DNA of 64,000 nt from positions 709 through 64,708 of the forward strand of contig JAKATI010000002.1 in the NCBI GenBank assembly GCA_021828045.1, given 5' to 3'. Within the stretch, counting starts at the first letter, position 1. The number at the start of each line of letters is the position of its first letter. Positions 56,902 through 64,000 of the stretch are shown one piece after another. Position numbers and translations under genes: made by a program. Origin of the DNA: Pseudomonadota bacterium. GTDB taxonomy: Bacteria; Pseudomonadota; Gammaproteobacteria; JAKAQQ01. The notes below the pieces were generated by a model. That model saw nothing but the letters and a program-made list of their open reading frames with translations. It was not told the DNA's origin and made no database searches.

Positions 56902-57956
56902 CGCATCTCGGTCCCCTCTTTCTCGACCTGGCCGGGGTCGAACTCGATGCCGAGGACCGGCAGGTTCTGGCCTCACCGATGGTGGGTGGAGTGGTGCTGT
57001 TTGCCAGAAACTATGCCGGGCCCGAACAGATGATCCGGCTCTGTGATGACCTGCACGCACTGAGAACCCCCCCTCTCGTTGTTGCCGTGGATCATGAAGG
57101 AGGACGGGTCCAGCGTTTCCGCGACGGGCTGACGGCGCTGCCCTCGGCCCAGGCCCTGGGTGCGGTCTGGACCCGGAACCGGAAGCGGGCTTGCGAGCTG
57201 TGCCGGGCCGCCGGTTTCGTGGCGGGCGTGGAACTCAACCGCCTGGGCATCGATCTTTGTTTCGCCCCGGTTGTCGATCTGGCCCACCGGGACAGCGGGG
57301 TGATCGGTGACCGGGCCTTCGGTTCCGATCCCGCCCAGGTCGCCGAGTTGGCCTTGCACTGGATCCGGGGTCTCGAGGAGGGGGGGGTCCATGCGACGAT
57401 CAAGCATTTTCCGGGGCATGGCGGCGTGGGAGCCGACACCCATCACGAAACGGCCGTCGATTCCCGGAAGGAGGCGACCCTGGAACGGCGTGACCTCGTC
57501 CCGTTCCGGACCCTGATTGGCCGTCTGCCCGGGATCTCGGTCATGACCGCCCATGTCCGTTTCCCGGCGCTCGACCCCGATCCCGCCAGCCTGTCGGCCT
57601 TCTGGATCGGCGAGGTCTTGCGCCGGCGCCTGGGAGGGGAGGGTGCCGTGGTGAGCGATGACCTCACGATGCATGCCTTGGATCCGGTGGGCGGGCTCGA
57701 GGACAGAACCCTCCGGGCGCTTGGGGCCGGCTCCGACGTGGTGCTCATTTGCAACGACCGTCCGGGATCCGCCCGGCTGGTGAGCAGCCTGCGCCACCCC
57801 CAGTCACCCCTAAGCCGCCTGCGCCTGCTCCGGCTGCACGGCAGTCCGCGCCGGACGCCGGGGATCCCCTCCGACCGGCCGGACTGGCAGGAGGCGTTTC
57901 GCCTCCTTGCATCCATGGAGGAAGGATTGTTTGGCGCCGATGGGGAGGCGGAATGA
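56883..57956 (+). CDS. nagZ: Beta-N-acetylhexosaminidase NagZ
   Basis: VGGVVLFARNY, VAVDHEGGRVQRF and KHFPGHG motifs. The GTG at 56883 has a strong GGAGGAGAGGGAG SD; the ORF-track GTG 56859 is an alternative. Confidence 0.9.
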   Translation: MYARPITHLGPLFLDLAGVELDAEDRQVLASPMVGGVVLFARNYAGPEQMIRLCDDLHALRTPPLVVAVDHEGGRVQRFRDGLTALPSAQALGAVWTRNRKRACELCRAAGFVAGVELNRLGIDLCFAPVVDLAHRDSGVIGDRAFGSDPAQVAELALHWIRGLEEGGVHATIKHFPGHGGVGADTHHETAVDSRKEATLERRDLVPFRTLIGRLPGISVMTAHVRFPALDPDPASLSAFWIGEVLRRRLGGEGAVVSDDLTMHALDPVGGLEDRTLRALGAGSDVVLICNDRPGSARLVSSLRHPQSPLSRLRLLRLHGSPRRTPGIPSDRPDWQEAFRLLASMEEGLFGADGEAE

Positions 57957-58552
57957 AGGGTCGGCCGACCGGAGAAGGGATCCTGCCACCGGGGGCCTCC
58001 TGTCTCTATCCGGAACTGGTGGTCCGGGAAGCCCTGGATCGCATGGCGGACGCCCTCACGACAGAGTTTGCGGGATCCCGCCCGCTGGTCCTCATTGTTC
58101 TCGCGGGGGGACTCTATGTCGGGGCAGCTTTGACCCAGCGGCTTCCTTTTGCGATCGATGTCGACTTTGTCCGGGTTTCACGCTATGGGGCGGGGATGGA
58201 ACCGGGCAAGCTCGTCTGGCAGCTCATGCCCCGCTTGTCGCTTGCCGGCCGGAGCGTGCTCTTCCTGGACGATGTGTGGGACGAGGGAGTCACCCTGAGG
58301 GGTCTTTGCGAGTGGGCCGCAGGGCAGGGAGCGGTCCGGGTCCGAAGCGCCGTTCTCGTCTACAAGGAGCCACCGGACCGGCCGGAAGCGGGCCGGTCCA
58401 CGGCCGGTCCGGACCATTTCGGCCTGCGGGCTGGCCGGGCCTGGATCGTGGGCTGGGGCATGGACCAAGCCGGGTTGGGTCGCAATCTGCCAGCCATCTA
58501 TGTCCTGCCTGGAGAGGAAGAGCCCGATCCGGGTGTCACAACGGGTCCTTAG
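57953..58552 (+). CDS. hpt: Purine phosphoribosyltransferase (hypoxanthine/guanine PRT-like)
   Basis: VLAGGLYVGAAL, VDFVRVSRYG and a PRPP-loop-like VLFLDDVWDEGVTL. ATGA overlap with nagZ. Confidence 0.7.
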   Translation: MKGRPTGEGILPPGASCLYPELVVREALDRMADALTTEFAGSRPLVLIVLAGGLYVGAALTQRLPFAIDVDFVRVSRYGAGMEPGKLVWQLMPRLSLAGRSVLFLDDVWDEGVTLRGLCEWAAGQGAVRVRSAVLVYKEPPDRPEAGRSTAGPDHFGLRAGRAWIVGWGMDQAGLGRNLPAIYVLPGEEEPDPGVTTGP

Positions 58553-58686
58553 CCTTCCTTCCAGCGGCGTCGGGTCATGGAGGGACCCTGTTTGCACTCC
58601 GTGTGTTGTGACCGGATTTTTCTGCTACAGTCTTCCCCGGTCGGCCGGATGGGTTTCGGCCCCAAGATTCCAACGGAGATTCCCTC

Positions 58687-59172
58687 ATGCTGAAGAAGAA
58701 CTCTACGAGTGATGCTGCCCGGGTCTTTGTGCTGGTCGGGATCCTCGCGGTCGGGATCATCGGTCCCGTCTTTGCGAAGCCGGTCGCGGTCAAGCCGGGA
58801 CTCTGGAAGTGGACGTTTCGGGAGTCGAATTCGATGGGTGGGCAACCCCTCGTCCAGACCTCGACGCATTGCATGCGGACCGCCTCGGAGAGCGACCTCC
58901 TGCGGGCGAAATCCGGACCAGCGGGGGCCTGCTTTCGCCACGAACATGCGATCAGCGCTCCGGGCAACCGCGTGATCTACACCTTTGCCTGCCGGCAATC
59001 CCGGGGACCGGTTGAGACCTCGACCCGGGGGCGCTACGTGGTCATCGTCGCCCCGGATCATCTCTCGGCATCACTCGCCGGCCGGATGGTGACCCTCGTT
59101 TCGGGTACGGCCTCGATGCGGCTGATCACGCACGTCCGGGGAACCGGGAACCGGGTGGGTGCCTGCCATTAG
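58687..59172 (+). CDS. DUF3617-like secreted protein
   Basis: Signal peptide, then a KPGLWKWT motif (the PGLWE-type start of DUF3617). Several paired Cys. 161 aa. Confidence 0.55.
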   Translation: MLKKNSTSDAARVFVLVGILAVGIIGPVFAKPVAVKPGLWKWTFRESNSMGGQPLVQTSTHCMRTASESDLLRAKSGPAGACFRHEHAISAPGNRVIYTFACRQSRGPVETSTRGRYVVIVAPDHLSASLAGRMVTLVSGTASMRLITHVRGTGNRVGACH

Positions 59173-59274
59173 GTTTTCGATCCGGGCACGGTCGGGGCGG
59201 ATCCGGAAGCCCTGGATTCCCACCCGTCAGCACACAGGCCGGCCTGCCGGATCGGACATGGGAGGAGTGGCGGA

Positions 59275-59955
59275 TTGAGCAACGAGACCCTCGCGCTTAC
59301 CCCGGATCTTTATCGCTACCTCAGGGAGCAGTCGCTGCGGGAGGGGGACCTGCTCCGGGCGCTGCGCGAGGAAACCGCCCAGCACCCCAAGCATTCCATG
59401 CAGATCGCGCCGGAAGAAGGCCAGTTCCTGGCTTTCCTGGTCCGTCTCGTGGGGGCCCGGCGTTGTCTCGAAATCGGCGTCTTCACCGGTTACAGCAGCC
59501 TCGCGGTCGCCTTGGCCCTTCCTCCGGACGGAAAGCTCACGGCCTTGGATGTGAACCAGGAGTATACGGACGTGGCCCGCCGCTACTGGCGGGCAGCAGG
59601 TGTGGAAGAACGGATCGATCTTCGATTGGGAAAGGCCCGGGACCTGCTTGCCGGGCTTGTCCAGTCGCAGGCCGGAAGCTACGACTGGGCATTCATCGAT
59701 GCCGACAAGGTCAACTACCGTCATTACTACGAGGCGTCCTTGACCCTTCTCCGCCCGGGTGGCCTGATCGCCATCGACAATGTCCTTTGGGGAGGTGCGG
59801 TTGCTGATCCTGCGGATGAGACGGAGGACACCCGGGCAATCCGGGAACTCAACGCCTCGATCCTCAGGGATCCACGGGTCGACCTGACCCTGGTTCCCAT
59901 CGGGGATGGGGTGACGCTCGTTCGCAAACGCCCACCCGCCGATCACGGGCGCTGA
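59275..59955 (+). CDS. Class I SAM-dependent O-methyltransferase (caffeoyl-CoA OMT / Methyltransf_3 family)
   Basis: LEIGVFTGYSSLAVALAL, FIDADKVNY and GGLIAIDNVLWGG motifs. TTG start. Confidence 0.85.
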   Translation: MSNETLALTPDLYRYLREQSLREGDLLRALREETAQHPKHSMQIAPEEGQFLAFLVRLVGARRCLEIGVFTGYSSLAVALALPPDGKLTALDVNQEYTDVARRYWRAAGVEERIDLRLGKARDLLAGLVQSQAGSYDWAFIDADKVNYRHYYEASLTLLRPGGLIAIDNVLWGGAVADPADETEDTRAIRELNASILRDPRVDLTLVPIGDGVTLVRKRPPADHGR

Positions 59956-59966
59956 GGCCGGTTCAC

Positions 59967-59987
59967 CCGGGATCGAAGCGATCCCGG
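59967..59987. terminator. Hairpin between convergent genes (possible bidirectional terminator)
   Basis: A perfect 9-bp stem CCGGGATCG-AAG-CGATCCCGG in the 45-nt gap between the OMT and the BNR gene. No U-tract. Confidence 0.35.
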
Positions 59988-60000
59988 CGCTCCGGGCGTT

Positions 60001-63000
60001 TCAGATCCGGCGCAGGGCGGCCTGGTCCTTCTCCAGCCGGGCCTCGGACTTTTTCATCTCCCGTAGTTCCGGCTCGGTCGGAACCGCATCGGTTCCTTCG
60101 ATGGTCCCCATGAGGAAGCCGAACTCCCCGTTCAGCACGGCGAGGCGGTGGACGAGGTGCCGCAGGGCGGAACGTGTCCGGGCCGGTGCTCCGGGGGCAC
60201 CGAGTGCATGGAGCCGGCTTTCGGCCACCCGGAACGTACGGGTATCCCGGGTGAGATCACGGGCCAGTCTCCGGGCAACCCGGTACTGGATCGCGTAGCC
60301 TGCCGCACTGAGGTGGACGCGCGGGTCCGCAAGCACCCGGAACCGCGTGGTGGCATGGAGGGAGCCGATGCGGATGGACAGCCGGTATCGACCGGGGACA
60401 ACGATGGGTCCGCGCGGAGTGATCGGCGTGTTGTGGTAGAGCCCGGGACCCTGGTACCCGTGGCGGATGGCTTCCGGTGGGGTTGCCCTCAGGTGCCAGA
60501 CGAAGCGGTTCAGGCCGACCCGGGCGGTGGGCGCTTTCTGGTGCTCGATCCAGAGCGTGGGAAAGGGTGCGGGTGGCGGGGCAGGGAAATGCATGGTGCT
60601 TGTGTAGCGGCGGATCAGTTTTCCGTCGAGAGTCCGGATCGTGAGCACGAGGGGGGCGGTCGGTTTGCGGCCGAGGAAGTAATCGATCACGACCCCGGTT
60701 GCCGGGTTCCGGGCATGGGGGGTTTCGGGCGGGAAAGGTTCGTCGCGGTAGAGGGTGCGCCGGAGGCGGTAGGCGGGCGCCGGTTTTTCGAGGACGAGCG
60801 GGCGATGGACCCAGTCGGACCGGATTTCGCGCAGGGGGGCGAGATCATCAATCATCCAGAAGCCTCGTCCGTGGGTGGCAATCACAAGCGAGTTTCCGTG
60901 GATTGCGATGTCACGGACAGAGACGGTGGGCAGGTTCTCCTGGAAGGGTTGCCAGTTGAGGCCATCGTCGAAGGAAAGGTAGAAGCCGGTTTCGGTTCCG
61001 GCGTAGAGCAGTCCCCGGCGGACGGGATCCGGCCGGATGACATGCAGGTAGGCCGGGGCCTGGATTCCGGCCGTGATGCTCTTCCAATGATGGCCGAAAT
61101 CCCGGGTCCGGTAGAGGAAGGGCCGGAAATCATCGAGCCGGTGGCGGTTGGCCGACAGGTACGCCACGGCGGGATTGAAGGGGGACGGGGCGATGTTTTC
61201 GATCCGGGTCCAGGCTGGGAGTCCCGCCGGAGTCACGTCGCGCCAAACTCGTCCGCCATCGCGGGTGAGCCACACCCTTCCATTCGTGGTTCCCGCCCAG
61301 ATCTCGCCCTTGCGGATGGGGGAGGGATCGATCGTGTAGACCACGCCGTAGCCCAGGGCGGTCGCGTTCTTGAGGGTGACCGGCACTGCGTGGTGCGGCA
61401 GATGGGCCGGTCGCCGGGTGCGGGCCAGATCCGGGCTGATCACGCGCCAGCTCTCTCCCTGGTTGGACGAGCGGAAAACCACCTGCGCGCCGGCGTAGAG
61501 CACATCGGGGTTCCGGGGCGAGAGGGCCAGGGCGGTGTTGAAGGGAAAGCGGTAGCGCAGGTGCCAGGGCGGAACTCCGTAGGCCGGTACCGGCCAGGGT
61601 GAGATGTTCACGGACTCGTGGGTGTAGAGGTTGTCTCGCGAGATGCTCCCCACGATGCTTGAACCATAGACAATGTCGGGGTTCGCGGGGTCGGGCAGCA
61701 CGTACCCAGCCTCGCCTCCGGCGGTCGAATACCAGGAGTGGTTGCTGATGAAGCCGCGAAAATCGCGGCTGCGGATCCCGATACTCCCGGAATCCTGCTG
61801 GGTTCCATAGATCCGGAAGGGGAAGCGGTTGTCCGTGGCCACATGGTAGATCTGGGCGGTTGGCTGGTTGTACCAGGAGCTCCACGTCCGTCCACCATCC
61901 ACGCTGATCGATGCGCCCTGATCGGCGCCCACGATCATCCGCCGGGGGTTTCGGGGATCGATCCACAGGGTGTGGAAGTCGTCACCGCTCGGCGATCCTT
62001 TGATGGAAACGAAATGGCGACCGGAATCGGTCGATTCGTAGAAGGCGGTGTTCATGACGAACAGGGTGTCCGGATGACCGGGATCCGTGTTGATTTCGCC
62101 GAAATACCAGTCGCCGCCCCAGAGCCGGGGATCCCGGTTGACAGCCGACCAGCGACGGCCGCCGTCGGTCGAGCGGAAGACTCCGCCATGGCGGGCACCG
62201 ACCAGGGCGAAGAGCACCCGGCCCCGGGAGCCGGGAACGATTGCGAGGCCAATGCGACCGAGCCCCCGCCGGGGAAGCCCGCGGTCGGCGAGTCGGGACC
62301 AGGTCCGTCCGCCGTTGTTGGAACGCCAGATCCCGCCACCTGGTCCGTTCAGGACGCCATAGTGGCCATAGAACGGAAAGCGGAAGTTCCAGAGGGCGGC
62401 ATAGACGAGATTCGGACGGGACGGATCGCGGGTCAGGTCAATGGCACCGAGGTTCGGGTTCACATAGAGGGTTTTCTTCCAGGTCCGTCCCCCGTTCGTG
62501 GTGAGAAAGACCCCCCGTTCCCGGTTGGGGCCGAAGGCATGGCCCAGAACCGCGACCAGCACGTGGTTGGGGTTGCCGGGCGAGACGGAAATGTCCGCGA
62601 TGTGCTGGCTCGACTTGAGGCCGATCCACTTCCAGGTGCGGCCCCTGTTGTCCGAGCGGTAGAGGCCGTCACCAAAGGACATGTCGGAACGGAGTCCTGC
62701 CTGGCCGGTCCCGGCGTAGAGGATCTTGGGGTCGGAGGGTGCCACTGCGATGGCCCCGATCGAGGAAACGGGTTCGTGCTGGAAGAGAGGCTGCCAGGTC
62801 CGTCCGCTGTCGTGGGTCACGAAGAGGCCCCCGTCGGCCGTTCCGATGTAGTAGGTGTTCCGCCGCCCCGGAATGCCGGCCACGGTGGTGACCCAGCCGC
62901 CCCGGTAAGGTCCGACGAACCGCCAGCGCAGCCGGTTATAGAGGATCGGGGGCATGAGCGAGGAGGTCCGGGCGGTGGCCGGAACCGGTCCCAGGAGAAG

Positions 63001-63090
63001 GAAGAGCACGCCCAGGCAGGTCAGTGGGCTCAGAATCGATGAGACACGGGTGGGTGCGGTCGGCTTCGGCATGGTGGTCTCCGGATGCAA
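60001..63090 (-). CDS. Secreted BNR/Asp-box repeat protein, sortilin/VPS10-like beta-propeller
   Basis: Signal peptide. Ten or more SxDxGxTW-type boxes (DSGRTW, NRGRTW, NGGRTW x2, DGGRRW, DGGRTW, NQGESW, DGGRVW, DDGLNW). 1029 aa. Confidence 0.85.
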   Translation of the reverse strand: MHPETTMPKPTAPTRVSSILSPLTCLGVLFLLLGPVPATARTSSLMPPILYNRLRWRFVGPYRGGWVTTVAGIPGRRNTYYIGTADGGLFVTHDSGRTWQPLFQHEPVSSIGAIAVAPSDPKILYAGTGQAGLRSDMSFGDGLYRSDNRGRTWKWIGLKSSQHIADISVSPGNPNHVLVAVLGHAFGPNRERGVFLTTNGGRTWKKTLYVNPNLGAIDLTRDPSRPNLVYAALWNFRFPFYGHYGVLNGPGGGIWRSNNGGRTWSRLADRGLPRRGLGRIGLAIVPGSRGRVLFALVGARHGGVFRSTDGGRRWSAVNRDPRLWGGDWYFGEINTDPGHPDTLFVMNTAFYESTDSGRHFVSIKGSPSGDDFHTLWIDPRNPRRMIVGADQGASISVDGGRTWSSWYNQPTAQIYHVATDNRFPFRIYGTQQDSGSIGIRSRDFRGFISNHSWYSTAGGEAGYVLPDPANPDIVYGSSIVGSISRDNLYTHESVNISPWPVPAYGVPPWHLRYRFPFNTALALSPRNPDVLYAGAQVVFRSSNQGESWRVISPDLARTRRPAHLPHHAVPVTLKNATALGYGVVYTIDPSPIRKGEIWAGTTNGRVWLTRDGGRVWRDVTPAGLPAWTRIENIAPSPFNPAVAYLSANRHRLDDFRPFLYRTRDFGHHWKSITAGIQAPAYLHVIRPDPVRRGLLYAGTETGFYLSFDDGLNWQPFQENLPTVSVRDIAIHGNSLVIATHGRGFWMIDDLAPLREIRSDWVHRPLVLEKPAPAYRLRRTLYRDEPFPPETPHARNPATGVVIDYFLGRKPTAPLVLTIRTLDGKLIRRYTSTMHFPAPPPAPFPTLWIEHQKAPTARVGLNRFVWHLRATPPEAIRHGYQGPGLYHNTPITPRGPIVVPGRYRLSIRIGSLHATTRFRVLADPRVHLSAAGYAIQYRVARRLARDLTRDTRTFRVAESRLHALGAPGAPARTRSALRHLVHRLAVLNGEFGFLMGTIEGTDAVPTEPELREMKKSEARLEKDQAALRRI

Positions 63091-63163
63091 AACACATTCC
63101 GCGGGAGGGGGTTTCCCGCAGGCTTCCTGATGATACCTCCGGACCGGCCGGGAGTCGACCGTC

Positions 63164-64000
63164 TCAGGACAGGGACACCGGGCTCCAGGTGCAGCAGTTG
63201 CCCCCGAGCCGTTTGGAACGGTAGAGGGCCTGGTCGGCTGCTTCCATCCAGTGCCCGGCCGTCAACCCCGGCGTGTCGATCACGACGGCCCCGATGCTGA
63301 GGGTGGGGGGAAGGGCCGGGGTGGCCAGAGGTTTCAGGGTCTCGGCCGATCGCATGAGGATGGCCTGGACGATGCGTTCGGCACTGGCAGTCCGGATTCC
63401 GTCGAGCAGGATCGCGAGCTCGTCGCCCCCCAGGCGGAAGACGCGGTCGGTCTTCCGGACCGATTGCACGAGGAGCCGGGCCAGTTCCTGCAGGATGGCA
63501 TCTCCGGCGGCATGACCCACCCGGTCGTTCACGGCCTTGAAGCCATCGAGGTCGAGAAAGAGGAGGGTGGTCGGATGATCGGGGTTGCTGTTCCGGCAGA
63601 CTTCCTCGAACAGGAGGGTGAAGAAACGCCGGTTGCCGAGCGCGGTGAGCGGATCCTTGTGGGCCTCCTCCCGCAGGCGCAGTTCGGAGGTTTTGAGGCT
63701 GGTCACGTCCGTGAGCACGAGGATGAACTCCGTCGGGGGCAGCTCCGGGTTGACCGGAATGCACTGGGCCAGGAAATGCCGTTCCTCGAACTCGCCCCCG
63801 ACAAGTGTGACCGGCAGCGCCTGGACCGTCTCTCCCTGGACCACCCTCCGGAAGTGGGGTTCGAGCTTGGCGTACTGCTCAGGACCGAAAAGCTCGATCG
63901 GGTTGGGGGCCGGGAAGCCCGCAGCCGGATCCTGGAAGTGGTCGGCGAGTGTCCGGTTGACCCGCCGGAAGTTCAGGTCGGGCGTCACATAGGCGAGAAA
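63164..64000 (-). CDS. PAS-GGDEF diguanylate cyclase-like protein, N-terminus beyond window edge
   Basis: The frame is open to base 64000. It has a PAS-like segment, then DPLTALGNRR, an RKTD I-site 5 residues before GGDEL, and YRSKRLG. Confidence 0.85.
   Translation of the reverse strand, partial: FLAYVTPDLNFRRVNRTLADHFQDPAAGFPAPNPIELFGPEQYAKLEPHFRRVVQGETVQALPVTLVGGEFEERHFLAQCIPVNPELPPTEFILVLTDVTSLKTSELRLREEAHKDPLTALGNRRFFTLLFEEVCRNSNPDHPTTLLFLDLDGFKAVNDRVGHAAGDAILQELARLLVQSVRKTDRVFRLGGDELAILLDGIRTASAERIVQAILMRSAETLKPLATPALPPTLSIGAVVIDTPGLTAGHWMEAADQALYRSKRLGGNCCTWSPVSLS

Noticed and set aside
1-64000. CRISPR arrays, IS elements/transposases, integrases, retron/RT genes, prophage or rRNA genes
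   Set aside because: No regularly spaced repeats were seen in any intergenic region. No ORF translation carried DDE, tyrosine- or serine-recombinase, RT or phage structural motifs.

Overview
This is a 64-kb, high-GC chromosomal segment. Hand-counted 60-nt samples give roughly 60-70% GC. Synteny is typical of a gammaproteobacterial core genome. I call about 70 protein genes and one tRNA. Genes are tightly packed, with many 1-, 4- or 8-nt start/stop overlaps (ATGA/GTGA). Alternative starts were derived from ORF-track coordinates plus codon offsets. Coordinates of short motifs may be off by 1-2 nt.

Layout:
- 1-4208: msbA (5'-truncated), lpxK, ycaR and kdsB, with a convergent SDR gene.
- 4209-12816: an accessory islet. 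It holds a lower-GC cusCBA-type Cu/Ag RND efflux operon, a MerR-family regulator with a textbook 19-bp-spacer MerR promoter, two unassignable small ORFs, a coding-like orphan frame and a vapBC toxin-antitoxin pair.
- 12817-19817 (minus strand): the type II secretion genes gspG-H-I-J-K-L-M-N, translationally coupled to a TviB/WbpO-like nucleotide-sugar dehydrogenase.
- 19941-27080: a divergent rhombosortase-like rhomboid protease, then fabD-fabG-acpP-fabF and mltG-tmk-holB-pilZ.
- 27299-33911: class I aldolase, mlaFEDCB, mlaA and fadL.
- 34071-41248: PIN-PhoH, bcp, gcvR, dapA, a mini-lipoprotein, tRNA-Ser(GGA), dnaX, recR, a HIT protein and orn.
- 41503-50635: rpoE-rseA-rseB-glutaredoxin-like, then lepA-lepB-DUF4845-rnc-era-recO-pdxJ-acpS.
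- 50565-54262 (minus strand): a periplasmic binding protein plus a hybrid histidine kinase.
- 54309-58552: PolB-like exonuclease, rlmD, CYTH, nagZ and a phosphoribosyltransferase.
- 58687-64000: a DUF3617-like protein, an O-methyltransferase, a 1029-aa BNR/sortilin-like secreted protein and a PAS-GGDEF gene truncated by the window edge.

I recognised no CRISPR array, IS element or transposase, integrase, rRNA or prophage genes. I did not find a clearly novel multi-gene system. The items most worth a second look are the metal-efflux islet with its regulator/operator mismatch and unassigned ORFs, the T2SS half-operon with its sugar dehydrogenase and adjacent rhombosortase, and the binding-protein/hybrid-kinase pair with a non-canonical domain order. 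Many long ORFs in the track are antisense artefacts of high GC content and were rejected.
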